A stretch of 64,000 bases of DNA from the NCBI RefSeq assembly GCF_004010195.1, contig NC_057751.1, forward strand, positions 9,059,611 to 9,123,610, in the 5' to 3' direction. Source of the stretch: Chiloscyllium plagiosum (lineage: Eukaryota). Position numbers and translations under genes: made by a program. Shown here in pieces: positions 25,620-39,335 of this stretch; position 1 is the first letter of the stretch; each line of letters begins with the position of its first letter. The notes beneath the pieces are model-generated. The model was not told the origin of the DNA. It did no database searches and saw nothing but the letters and a program-made list of their open reading frames with translations.

Positions 25620-26088
25620 TTGAGTCAAAGAGTCATTCACTACAGAAAGAGACTCTTTGGTCCAACTCATCCGCACCGACCACACATCCCAATGTGACCT
25701 CGTCCCATTTGCCAGCATTTGGCCCATACCCTTCCTACTTATATACCCATACAGATGCCTTTTAAATGTGGTAAATGTATCTGTCTCTTGGCAGCTCACT
25801 CCAGACATGCACTACCCTCCGCATGAATAAGTTACCCCTCAAGTCCTTTTTAAATCTTTTCCTTCTCAGCTTAAACCTGTGCCTTTCGGTTTTGTCTCCC
25901 CACACCAGAAAAAGACATTGGCTATTCAAATTATCCACACCCCTCATGATTTTATAAACCTCTACAATGTCACCCCTCAACTTCTGACACTCCAGGGAAG
26001 AAAGCCCTAGCTGATCTAGTCTTTCCTGATAGCTCAACCCCTCCAGTCCCAGCAGCATCTTTGCAAATCTTTTCTGCATCCTCTCATG
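25620..26088 (-). mobile_element. 5'-truncated CR1
   Basis: MQKRFAKMLLGLEGLSYQERL..LRGDIVEVYKIM and a tail at about 25620-25720. Confidence 0.88.
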
Positions 26089-26089
26089 T

Positions 26090-27668
26090 TAGAGTCATAG
26101 AGATATACAGCATGTAAACAGACACTTCAGTCTAACTCATCCATGCCGACCAGACATCTCAACCCAATCTAGTCCCACCTGCCAGCATCCTTCCTATTCA
26201 TATACCCATCCAGATGCCTTTTAAATGGTGCAATTGTTCGAGCCTTCACCACTTCCTCTGACAGCTCATTGCATACATGTACCACCCTCTGCATGAAAAT
26301 GTTGCCCCTTAAGTCTCTTTTATATCTTTCCCCTCTCACCCTAAACCTATGTCCTCTAGTTCTGGACTCCCCCACTCCAGGGAAGAGATTTTTTTCTATT
26401 TATCCAAGCCCATGCCCCTTATAATTTTATAAACCTCTATGAGGTCACCCCTCAACCTTCGACGCTTCAGGGAAAACAGCCCCAGCCTATTTAACCTCTC
26501 CCTGTGGCTCAAATCCTCCACCCTGGAAACATCCTTGTAAATCTTTTCTGAACCCTTTCAAGTTTCAGAACATTCTTCCGAAAGGAAGGAGACCAGAATT
26601 TTAACAACATCCTTCCTATAGAAGGGCAACCTGGAATTTAAGCAGTTTTCCAAAAGCGGCCTCACCAATGTCCTGTACAGCTGTTACAAGACATCCCAAC
26701 TCCTCTAGTCAACATTACGATGAATGAAGGCAAGTGGGTCAAACACATTCTTCACTACCCTATCTACCTGTAACTCCACTAACAAGGAATTATACACCTG
26801 CACCCCTAGGTCTCTGTTCAGCAAAATACTCCATTTACTGCATAAGTCCTGCCCTGGTTTGCCTTACCAAAATGCAACAGCACACACCTAAATTAATCTC
26901 TATCTGCCACTCCTCAGCCAATTGGTAAAGATCTCATTGTACTCTGAGATAATCTTCTTCATTGTCCACTGCACTCCCTATTTTGTTATCATCTGCAAAC
27001 TTACTAACCATACCTCCTACATTCACATCCAAATCATTGATATAAATGACAAAAAGAAGTTGACCCAGCATCGATCCTTGTGGCACTCCACTGGTCACAG
27101 GACTCCAGTCTGAAAAACATCCCTTCACTGCCGCCTTCTTTCTCCGAGCTTCAAGGCAATTTTCTATCCAATTGGCTAGCTCCCCTGGATCCCATGTGAT
27201 CTAACTTTACTAAACAGCCTACTAAGCAGTATCTTTTTGAACACTTCACTGAAGTCCGAACAGACAATGTCCACCACTCTGCCTTCATCAATCTTCTTTG
27301 TCACCTCTTCAAAAAAACTCAATCAAGTTAGTGAAACAGAATTTCACACACAACACCATGCTAACCCTAAATTGCCTTTCCAAATGCATGTAAATCCTGT
27401 CCCTTGGAAACCATTCCAACAACTTACCCACCACTGAACATAAGCCTGACCAGTCTATAGTTTCCTGGCTTTTCCTTACAGTCCACATTAAGGAAGACCG
27501 CAAGTCTTCCAGTACCACATCCATGGCAATTGATGACACACATATCTCACCAAGAGTCCCAGAAATCTCTTCCCTAGCTTCCCATAAAGTTCTGGGAAAC
27601 ACCTGATCAGGTCCCAGGGATTTATCTATCTTTATATGTTTTAAGACCTCCGGTACCTCCCATTTCTG
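26090..27668 (-). mobile_element. CR1 LINE(s), decayed, probably two joined copies
   Basis: Tail at 26090, SGVPQGSMLGQLLF..SKFADDNKIG and DKSLGPDQVFPR motifs. The segment near 26545-26640 appears twice. Confidence 0.85.
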
Positions 27669-27671
27669 TAA

Positions 27672-30600
27672 TACAACATAGAACACTACAGCACAGTAAG
27701 GGCACTTCAATCCATGATGTTGTGCCAACCTTTTATCTGACTCAAAGATCAAACTAACCTACATACCCCTAATTTTACTATCATCCATGTGCCTATCCAA
27801 AAGTCACTTAATTATCCCTAACGTATCTGACTCTCCTGCCACTGCTGGCAGTGCACTCCATGCACCCATCACTTTCTGTGTAAAGAACCTACCTTTGACA
27901 TTTCCTCTAAACCTTCTTCCAATCACTTTAAAATTATGCCTCCTTGTGATAACCATTTCTGCCCTGGGAAAAAGTCTCTGACTATTCACTCCTTCCGTGC
28001 CTCTCAACATCTTATACATCTCTATCAAGTCACCTCTTAACCTTCTTTGCTCCAATGAGAAAAGCCTTCGCTCGTTCAACCTTTCCTCACAAGACATGCC
28101 CTCCGGTCCAGGCAGCATCTTGGTAAATCTCCTCTGCACCCTCTCTAGAGCTTCCACATCCTTCATATAATGAGGCGACCAGAACTGAACGCAATATTCC
28201 AAGTGTGGTCTAACAAGGGCTCTATAGACTGCAGCAAAACCTTGGGGCTCTTAAACTCAATCCCCCAGCTAATGAAAGCCAACACACATATGCCTTTTTA
28301 GCAATCCTATCAACTTTGAGGGATCTATGGACACAGACCCCAAGATCCCTCTGTTCCTCCACACTGCCAAGAATCCTGCCTTTAACCCTGTAGTCTGCAT
28401 TCAAATTTTACTTTTCAAAATGAATCATTTCACACGTTTCAGGTTGAACTCCATCTGCTCCTTATCAGCTCAGTTCTGTATCCTGTTAATATCCTCTTGC
28501 AACCTACAACAACCCTCCACTCCATCAAACTTCGTGTCATCAGCAAACTTACTAATCCACCCTTCCACTTCCTCATCCAAGTCATTTACAAAAATCACAA
28601 ACAGCAGAGGTCCCAGAACAGATCCCTGCAGAAGATTACTGGTCACCGAGCTCCAGGCTGAATACTTTCCCTATACTACCACCCTCTGTCTTCTGTGGTC
28701 CAGCCAATTCTGTATCAGACAGCCAAATTTCCTTTTTTCACATGCCTCCTTACTTTATGAACGAGCCTACCATGGGGAACCTTATCAAATGCCTTGCCAA
28801 AATCCATGTCCACTACACCTACTGCTCTACTTTCATCAATGTGTTTTATCACATCTTCAAAGATTTCAATAAGGCTTGTGAGGCATGACCTACCCCTCAC
28901 AAAGCCATGTTGACTATCTCTAATCAAACTAAGGTTTTCCAAGTAATCATAAATCTTGTCTCTCAGAATCCTCTCCATCATTTGCCCACCACAGACATAA
29001 GACCGACTGGTCTGTAATATCCAGAATTATCCCTATTCCCTTTCTTGAACAAGGGAATAACATTTGCCACCCTCCAATCATCTGGTACTACTACAGTGAG
29101 GACACAAAGATCATCGCCAAAGGCATAGCAATCTCTTCCCTCGCTTCCTATAGAAACCTAGGTTATATCCCGTCTGGTCCAGGGGACTAATTTATCCTTA
29201 TGTTTTTCAAAGTTTTCGGCACATCCTCCTTCTTAACATCAACCTGTTCGAGCATATCAGCCTGTTTCACGCTGTCCTCACAAATGTCAAAGTTCCTCTC
29301 AACAGTGAATACTGAAGCAAAGTATTCATTAAGGACCTCCCCTACCCCCTCCAACTCCAGCCACAAGTTCCCTCCACTATCTCTGAAAGCCCAACCCTCA
29401 CTCTGGCTATCCTTTTGTTCCTCACCGAAGTATAGAATACCTTAGAACTTTCCTTTATCCTTCCTGCTAAAACTTTTCAATGCCCAATTCGAGCTCTCCT
29501 CAGTCCATTCTTCAATTCCTTCCTGGCTACCTTGTAACCCTCTAGAGCCCTATCTGATCCTTGTCTCCTCATTCTTAAGTAAGCTTCCTTCTTCCTCTTG
29601 ACTAGATGTTCCACATCCCTTGTCATCCAAGGTTCCTTCACTCTACCATCCTTTCCTTGCCGCAGTGGGACAAACCTATCCAGCATAATCAGCAAATGCT
29701 CCCTCAACAATCTCCACATTTCTGTCATGCATTTCCCTGGGAATATCTGTTGTTAATTTATGCTCCACAGTTCCTGCCTAATAGCATTGTAATTCCCACT
29801 CCCCCAGTTAAATAATTTTCCTACCTCTCTCCATGAGTATAGTAAAGGTCAGGGAGTTGTGATCACTATCACCGAAATGCTCTCCCATCGAGAGGTCTAA
29901 CACCTGTCTTGGTTCGTTGCCAAGCACCAAAATCAAAATGGCCTCCCCCAGAGTCAGTCTATCAACACATTGAGTCAGGAACCCTTCCTGGACACACCTG
30001 ACAAAACTGCTTCATCCAAACTGTTTGAACTAAGGAGGTTCCAATCAATATTAGGGAAATTAAAGTCACCCACGGTAGCAACCCTGTTTCTTCTGCACCT
30101 TGCCAAAATCTGCCTCCCAATTTGCTCCTCTGTATCTCTAATGCTACTGGGGGGTCCATAGAAAACCCCCAATAAAGTGACTGCTCCTTTCCTGTTTCTG
30201 ACTTCCAACATACTAACTCAGTCGACAAACCCTCCTCGCCGACCTTCCTTTCTGTAGCGATGGTGCAATCCCTGATTAACAATGCCACTCCCCCACCTCT
30301 TTTACCGCCATCCCTATTCCTTTTGAAACATCTAAACCCCAGTATATCTAACAACTATTCTTGCTCCTGTGATGTTCAAGTCTCCATAATGGCCAAAACA
30401 TCATAATTCCAAGTACTGATCCATTCCCTTATCCCTGATGTTTCTTGCTTAAAATGAACACACTTCAACGCATCACACTGACTGCACTGCGGCCCTATCA
30501 AGTGCCTATCCCTTGTCACAGATTCTCTGCATGCCATATCTGTCTGTTCACTTGCTACTCCATCCTCAGATCCATAGCTCTCATTCCCATCCCCTGCCAA

Positions 30601-31030
30601 ACTCTTTAAACCTTCCTGGGGAGCTCCAGCAAACTTCCCGCCCAGGATATTGGTGCCCCTCCAGTTTGGGTGCAACCTGTCATTCTTGTACAGGTCCCAT
30701 CTTCCACAGAAGTTATCCCAATGATCCACTATCTGAATCTCTCCCTCCGACACCAGCCCTGCAGCCGCGTGTTCATCTGCAATCGCTCTCTATTCCTAGC
30801 CTTACTAGCCTGTGGCACTGGTAGCAATCCTGAGATTACGACTCTGTTTGTCCAGCCTTTCAGCTTCCAATCTAACTCCCTATATTCTCTTTTCAGGTCC
30901 TCATCCCTTTACTTTGCTATGTCATTGGTACTGATGTATACCACACCTTCTGGCTGTTTTCCCTCCCCCTTACGAATCCTGCAGATTCGATCTGAGGCAT
31001 CCCTGACCCTGGCACCCAGGAGCAAAATAC
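27672..31030 (-). mobile_element. Long decayed CR1 with RT, AP endonuclease and ORF1 SGNH-esterase remnants
   Basis: RT: QHGFVRGRSCLTSL. APE: GGGVALLI and VGDFNFPNIDW. ORF1: GARVRD..VVYISTND and WDLYKNDRLHPNWRG. Confidence 0.9.
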
Positions 31031-31044
31031 CTTCCAGGAGTCCT

Positions 31045-32245
31045 GTTTGCAAGATATTGCTATTTGTTTTCAAGACGTCACTATCTATTTCCCCAAGTTC
31101 TCTCGCTTCCACTTCCTTCTCTAAAGTAAATACTCACGCAAAACACTTGTTTAGTATCTCATCCATCTCCAGTGGTTCCACACACAGACAGACACATTGA
31201 TCTTTAAGAGGCCCTCAATGTACTTATATTATTTTCCTTAAGTCTATTTGCCAAAGCTATCTCATGTCCCCTTTTTGCTTTCCTGATTTCCCTTTTGGAT
31301 AAGGTAAATAAACAAGGTATTTTCCCTGGGTTGGGGGAGTCCAGAACTAGAGGGTGAGAGGGGAAAGATTTAGAAGGGACCTAAGGGACAACATTTTCAT
31401 GCAGAGGGTGTTGCGTGTGTGGGATGAGCTGCCAGAGGAAGTGGTGGAGGCTGGTACAATTACAACATTTAAAAGGCATCTGGATGGGTTTATGGGTAGG
31501 AAGGGTTTAGAGGGACATGAGCCAATTGCTGGCAAATGGGACTAGAAAAGGTTAGGATATCTGGTTGGTGTGGACAAGTTGGAACGAAGTGTCTGTTTCT
31601 GTGCTGTACATCTCTATGACTCTCAGTATACTCCGACTGCTCTTATACTTTTCTCAGGATTCACTCCATCCCACCTGTCATAAATGCCTCCTTCTTATTC
31701 TAGTATCTAGTAATCCAGCATCCTCTACACCTACCAGCCTTTCCCTTCGCACTAACAGGAATATACTGTCTCCGAACTCATGTTAACTCATTCCTAAAGG
31801 CTTCCCAATTCACAACCATCCCTTTACCTGCGAATAGCCTCCCCCAATCAACTTTTGAAAGTCCCTGACTCATACCATCAATATTGGCGTTACTCCAGTT
31901 TAGAACTTGAACTTTTGGATCAGTTCTATCATTTTCCCAATCTATTTTAAAATGAATAGAATTAAGATCACTTGTCCCAAAGTACTCCCCCACTGATAGC
32001 TCGGTCACTTGACCTGCCCTATTTCCCAACAGGTCAAGAATTGCTCTTCCTCTAGTAGATACATCCAGATACTGAATAAGAACATTTTCTTGTACACACT
32101 TAAGAAATTCCTCTCTAGCCAAGCCCTTAACACTACAACAGTCCCAGTCTGTGTATGGAAAGTTAAAATCCCCTACCATTACAACCCTGTTTTTCTTACA
32201 GATATCTGAGATCACCTGACAGATTTGTTTCTCACTTTGTTTTTC
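31045..32245 (-). mobile_element. CR1 AP-endonuclease region fragment interrupted by a + strand CR1 tail
   Basis: VVMVGDFNFPYTDW..RGRAILDLL..GTSDLNSI in ORF 31778-32254. Confidence 0.8.
31297..31624 (+). mobile_element. Nested CR1 3' end
   Basis: RDNIFMQRVLRVWDELPEEVV and tail tctctatgactct. Confidence 0.85.
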
Positions 32246-32843
32246 TCTGTCCACAGATGCTGCTAGACCTGCTGAGTTTCTCCAGCGTTTTTTGTTTTTA
32301 TTTCGGTTGGTGGGGATCTGAAATACTTTGCTTCTTTATTGACCAGATCACAAAACGTTTTCTTTTTTTAGAAGAGCATCAGGAGATTTTCAACATTCAT
32401 CTTAGGCTCCTAATTAGGCTTTAATTTAAAGTCTTATAAGATCTCTGATAATATGATACTCCCTTGATACTTCACAATGATGTGAGCTTCTATTATGACA
32501 CGTCTTTAACAAACCAACTACATTTTCAGAAGTGAACAAAGGCAACCCAATTTGGCTGAAGCTCTTAAATCTACTTCTCTTCAAAAATATATTAACATCC
32601 TAGTCGACCAACTTGTAGTAACTTCAATGACCTCCCCGAGTGGTAAATCTAAATTAAAAACTGATTTTTTCATTTCTTTTGTACAAGCGAAGATGAAAAA
32701 CATTAAAACTCAGACTTAGAGTTGCCCTAACTAGAATTACCTCATTCATTCCTGATTATAGATGATACTCTGTACCTTTCTGGTGTGAGTGGCTTCTTGG
32801 TCATTTGATAGACAAAAGTATGTATGGAGATCATCAATTATGA

Positions 32844-33077
<234 letters not shown>

Positions 33078-36000
33078 TGAGCCCTGTCCCACTTGTTCTG
33101 TGACTCTTGCCCTCAATTTATAGACAACCTGACCTTCGGAAATATGAACTAGATTCAATGCTGTTCCTTTTTCATTTATTGCTGTGCACAAGAAAAAGGC
33201 AAAGGGCGAATTATTCAACTTACACATGACAGTTCCTTATTCAAACAGAACTATTCAATGTTCAATTTGTTTTCTTTCTCCTCTGATTGTCAAGTGTCCA
33301 ATTTCTATTTTAGCAAGTGGCTTCACCATCAGAATTTCACTGAGCAAAAAGTCAGGTGCACAGACATGTGCATTGTGTCCATGCTGTAATCGCGTTGCTG
33401 TGACATTGATTGGGATAATGGCTTTCACAGTCAAACAGTAAGTTGACACACACGTAAACTTCAATTCGATTTGTACTTTTACAAAGAAATTCGAAGGAAA
33501 TCCCAATGCCCATAAACAGAGAACTGCAAGATAGTTTTGGAAGCAGAGCTTTAGTCAACTGATGTCAGGTACAAATAAATGTAAACTGATTCATCAATTT
33601 GTTCAGAATTTACAGAACAGATTGTAGTGAACAGTGATTTACAGATTGACAGAGCAATGATTGTCTGGAAATTGTTTGAAATGATAAAACTGAGGTTCTT
33701 AAGATGTTTTAGAAAAAAAGAGTAGGTTTAAGTTAGATACCTTGCTAAAAGCTGTATACTTCAAGAACAGAATGATATTGCATTTTGGTGGCACTTAACA
33801 TCAGCACTTCAGACAATTAGTTAAACACAGAAATCAGTTCAAGCTCAGTCAGGTCCAACAAGTGGCAATGAGGTCATGCGTTTTTGTGGTGAAGAGTGAA
33901 ATATGCAAGTTAGCCAAGTTTCAGAAAACAGGTCTTTTTCGTCCACCTGAACAGGGTGACGAAGTCTTTCTTTCGCCTAACATCCTTAACAACACATCAG
34001 TCGCTGAGTAGTGACAATTGTTACCACTTAGGAAAAGTAATTCCTTCTGGTCTTACTTCAATTTCTAATTTCACGAATACTTCATGTTAGTTATGTGCAA
34101 CTGGATGGGACAGTACGTTGAAACATTGGGCAAAAAGATTTAAATTTTGGTCAAGACTGATGACATTATGCAAAAGTATTAAAGGCCTCATTGATATAAT
34201 ATTGTCCTTGCCTAATTTTAAAAGTTGGCAAGTTTTTAAAGTGATTAACAAAGCCTTTATAGAGGGCAGATGTCCATGATCTGAAAATTTGGCATCAAAA
34301 GCAGTGATACTCAGTCAGAGAGACCACAAGGGAGTATTGGTATGGAAATATCTCAGTGAAACATTAAAGATGTGCTGATCTCAGGTTGGTCTCTGAGCGC
34401 ATTGTCAGGGTACAGGTGGTTGTTTCCGCTCAAGTGGGAGAGCTCAACTTAAACAATGGAAAAATAACCACACCTAGCACAAACATCCTTTATCCAAAGA
34501 AGAAATAATTTTCCTCTTATCGTAAAGAAAACCTGAAATATATCATAAACACATTTGTTTGTAATCCAGAATTGAGGTCAATATTCAAATCTTTTTTCTA
34601 AAAGATGTATAATCACGCACAAGCAAATGATCTCACCTGTAGAAGGATGCATGCAAGATTTAGTTAAATCAGGATTAACATGATTGGGTGCTGCAGGGCC
34701 ATAGTGATTCACCTCTGCTACCCAGACGACTGGAGTAAACAGCAGTCTGATGGCAGGAAGAAACCTGTGAAATTAATTCAAAACAGTTTCATCCCAACTC
34801 TCAAAGGTATGGTCATCAGGTGAATATGAACTGCAGTTCATTGGAAACCATGGCAATTTCCAGCCAGGTAGAAAATGGACAAGGATCTCATAAATGAAAC
34901 AGAGAGACTTTTTCCGAGATTGAAATTGAGCACTGTCGGGTGGCCATAAAGATTTTACTCTGTGCTTAATTAACTTAAGAGTATGCTTAATTGGATGCGT
35001 CAAATAGAAGTGAACCTTTCCTCGTATTAACATCACCCACTTTGATCACAACATATTTGAAGAAAAGGAAAATAGAGCTAAAAATAAGAAGGTTGAGCAG
35101 AGTGGTCTTGAAGAACATAATAGATTGTATTCTCGTTTGGCATTCGTGGCAAACAATCTGCACAAATTGTTCAAGTACATGAAATGTATCCCTCCAAATG
35201 GTGACTGAAGCAGGAAAAGCTCCCAAATACATCAGCTTTTGTCTTCCAAGCTTCAAAATATCCTCCCAACAGAGAATAGGAATTGTTGTTTACGTTCTTT
35301 TTTTTAATAGAGTCTTCTGCAATTTGTAATGTTTGAATGAACAATCAAATTATAGATACACATGGAAAACACTGCATTCAGAATTAATGCAAGCGTGAAC
35401 TGCTAATGAGCTGTGCTTAGGTTTGACGTATTACGCAAACATTAGTGATGTCTCTAAAGGTTCTAGCTCCCAAACGTCCTGCCACATCATGGAAATTTTA
35501 GTGATGCCTCGAGAGAGAGAGTCCAGTTCACTAAAGGTTCTGCAGTGATATGTTAACTTTAACAATGTTTTTAAGGTTTCGAAAATTTCCAAAGAATTAC
35601 AATACTCTGGAATCAGAAAGTCTCTCAATTGTTCAAATGCTCAGAAATTTGACTGTACTCTGGAAATCTCAAAAACACTTGTACAGAGTAGTTGAAAATG
35701 TTCATTGTCCAAATGTAAGTTGTGCAAGGCAATATTCATGTGCTGCAATGGGTTAAATTGTTAAAACACCAATGCTGTACTGCAAAATATGATTAAATCA
35801 GCAAAGAATTTGCATGCTGTTAATTTCCTGTCAGTGACCATGGTGTTGTGAACAAAATTGGGGGAATTACAGCATGCAAACATTCCATTTTTTTCTTCCT
35901 TGACTGATTGAAAGTGATTGACTTGCTGCTAAGCCACAGCTTGAATATTTGGCATATTGCCAGAACCCTTCATGCTCTCCTCTGACCCTGTCAGCACTAA

Positions 36001-38044
36001 GCCAGAGGTGATGTATTGAGCTTGGATGTGGCCTTGAAACCATATAGCTTCTGACAGGGTGAGAAATTGTGAAGTTGAAGACAGAATGTGATCCTCCCCT
36101 ACATGATATGCTCAACTCCAAATGGAAATGTGCATCCAGATTTCCTTGTGATACTATATTAAGTAGGTACAGCTGAACTTCAGGAAATGCTTGTCTGGCT
36201 ATGGCTGTGGTGGTGACTGAACTATTTTAACAGGATGTGAGTGAGAAGTGCGTAAAGAAGCATACCTACCTCTTCTGAAATACATGCTCATTAATCTACG
36301 GACCATATGAGCATATTTATCTCTTAACATTCATAATATAATGGCTGATAGACACGATTACCTCTTTAATCACCCTCAAAGCTGGCATTTGAGTAGCTTC
36401 ATATTATATTAATGCAAGGAGTTGGCAAATATGCCTCCCCTTTCGATGACTTTTTGCTTTAAAGTTCCATGTCCATTTTGTATCCTCTCTCCTCATTCAA
36501 AGTGGCTTTCTCTGTTTAACAGCCATTTATTTTCTGGCTGGGTCTTGAGTTATTGCACCTCTCCTATCTCATATAAGTCATGCCATCACATCATCAGCAA
36601 GGCTTCCTGACTGTGCTGCTCAAGTTGGTGCCATTATTTCTGTGCTCTGCAGTCACAGATCATTTTTGAGAACAGTCCTCTGCTCAGGTCCTGAAGTAAA
36701 TTTTGTTTCTCATCTTTGCTGTTCTTTTGTTTTTTTAAAATTCTCTGTTGTTTGTATCCAGGCTCAATTTAAAAAAAAAATCTCTGGAGTATTTCAGCTG
36801 TACTGGTACAAAAGTTGAGGAACTTGCACTGTACCTGTACTAGACTGTAAATTTTTTGAAAGACTTCTCTGCAAACTAGAAACCTGCTTTCTATACTGAT
36901 ACTTTCCTTGTTTTGATTTGCAAATGGTTTCAGCTGGGAATGCCATGCTACAGATGTATGGCACAGCATTTCAAGCTTCATGTTGACTGTTTTGCAAAAA
37001 TTGTCCTCAGCAAATGAACTATGGCTTCAACACTAATTGCTGTTACAATGATGTTTCACTTCAAGTCATTTCACTTCAAGTGTTTTACAGGACCCCAATC
37101 TAACTTGAGTGAGGACACGCTGCAAGTCTTTTCCATGTTCATTTTATGATCTGTTAGCAGAACTCAGATAGGGCCAGAGCTTGGCTGCCAAAGTTGTTTT
37201 CGCTGGCCAAAGTGAGTGATGAGAAAAGAAAATGACTGATGTTCGGAGAGTAGGCATGAGGAGTGTCGAGCCCTTGCATCTCAGCATGGAATTAAAATTG
37301 TTTCAAACACATTTAACAATTTCACAAAAAAATGCCTAGTTTTTCCCATAGTTTTCATGACAGTGCTGCAGAGAAACAAGTGGAAAAATCATATTCACGG
37401 ATGATGCACTTTGGGATCAAACAACCTTGCTCCCAGTCAATGTCAGATACAAACACATAAAATTATCACTTGGAATTTGAAATATTAGTGAATTGAACCA
37501 AACCCAACAATAGAGTGGGACACACAAATCCTGAACTTCCATTATGCAAGGGAATAGAAAGTCTGCCTGTCTTGAAATCTTTTACACAACATTTCAAGTT
37601 CACAAACTTCAAAGTCAGCTCACAAGATGAGTCAAAGTGAACAGGCAGAGTTCACTGAAAGCTTACAGGAAGCTACTTTGAGGCAGCATGAGTCTGTAAA
37701 ATCATGGTAAGATGATAATTTTCAACAAGCTTTTCGCACAGCAAATCCACAGCAAGATTATGCATGACCACACAGAACTGTGAAAAAAAAAGTTAACTTA
37801 AACTGTGTTTTGAATGAATTGCTGTCATCATGCTGTGTAGGCCAAAATAATAGGATACCCTGAAAGAACTTGAGAAACTTTCACCACTCCAGCTTAATCA
37901 AAAACAATCAAAGTCTTAATACTGTCGTGCAAATTTTGCAGTATTAGGACCCAGAAGGTTTACTCAAATTCCGAGCTTAATTGGAGGCAAAGTCAAGTTT
38001 TTAAGGAGTTGCTCAGGTTGTTGTGGTGACTGGAAGAGCATCCA

Positions 38045-38187
38045 GATTGTTGAAAAACATGGAAAGTGGAGCAGGAATCGACCATTTGTCCCTTTGAGCC
38101 TGCTCCTCCATTCAATATGATCATAACTGATCATCCAACTTAGTTCCCATTTCCGCACCCCCCCCATGTCTTTTGATTGCTTGAGCT
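38045..38187 (-). mobile_element. CR1 3' tail fragment
   Basis: ggagcaggaatcgaccatt...gagcctgctcctccattcaatatgatcat, as at 14865 and 50060. Confidence 0.65.
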
Positions 38188-38724
38188 CCAAGCAATAGGA
38201 TCATTGACCTATGCTGAATATACTGATTCCAGTTGGGCTACAACTTACCTCAAGACTCCCTGGCTTGGATGTGAAATAGATCAGGCAATATACAATCCTC
38301 AGCAATGTCCAATTTTACCTTTGTCAAAGATGCATTAGATTGATCACAGCTACAATGCTAACTGCTTTGCAATGCTGATTCTTCAACCAGAAAGTGCATT
38401 TACAAAGTTTTTGCCTTTCTACTGCAGCATGGATATGTATCCCAGTCCATTATAGATTTGCCAACAGCTTCATTTCACAAACCTTTACACAGTGTTCAGA
38501 AGCAGGCCACTTGATGCAGCCAGTCTGTGGTGACAATGGTCCTCTGAATCCTCCTCCCATCATTACCCATTTAACTCAGCTTAACTATCTCCTTGCTTTT
38601 TTTCTCATATGCTTCCTTAGATTCACCCAAAGTTCATCTCCACTACTTCTTCACTTAAGATTGTGGTTGCCCTCCTGAAAATCACAACAGTAAATAAAAC
38701 ATTGGAACTGACATTTAAACTGTA

Positions 38725-38953
38725 AGCAAAACAGAAGTTGCTGGAAAAGCTCATCAGGTCTGGCAGCATCTATTAAGAGAAATCAAAGTTAACGTTTCGG
38801 GTCTGGTGACCTTTCCTGAGAAGTTCTGAGGGTGACCAGATCTGAAACATTAACTTTGATTTCTCTTCACGGACACTGACAGACCTGCTGAGCTTTTCCA
38901 GGAACTTCTGTCTTTGTTTCTGATTTACAGCATCCACAGTTCTTTTGGTTTTT
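38725..38953. mobile_element. Fold-back Penelope-like terminal-repeat insertion (second family)
   Basis: Inverted arms at about 38731-38811 and 38830-38911, an unpaired right extension, and TSD atttaaactgta/atttaaactata (38713-38724 and 38954-38965). Confidence 0.8.
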
Positions 38954-39119
38954 ATTTAAACTATAGTTCGATACTGTAGGACTTCATTTTTCAGAATAAA
39001 ATTCAATCAGCATGCACTGTAAGGTAAACTTTTTACAGTACTAAAAATCAAATTTGGTAGATGAAATACTTCTAAATAAAATAAATTTTAAAATGTGAAA
39101 GAAAACTAAACTTTGCAAC

Positions 39120-39332
39120 CAATTGGGAATGTAATGGTTTTGTAACAATGTCACTGGACTATTAATCCACAACTAATATTCTGGGGATATGGTGTCAGAT
39201 CCCAAAAAAGCAGATGGTGAACACTGAATTCAATAAAAGTCTGGAATAAAAACTTAGCCAAATGGCAACCATATAACCGTTGCTGTTTGTTGTAAAAAAC
39301 CATTTGCTTCATTAACATCCTTTAAAGACAGA
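39120..39332 (+). repeat. Old tRNA-derived SINE fragment
   Basis: aatgtcactggactattaatcc, a decayed B box (gtcagatccc) and gaattcaataaaa.tctgga. Confidence 0.45.
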
Positions 39333-39335
39333 AAT

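Noticed and set aside
28327..31200. Long + strand ORFs (181 aa at 28327 and 176 aa at 30670)
   Set aside because: They are antisense shadows of CR1 ORF2 and ORF1 sequence.
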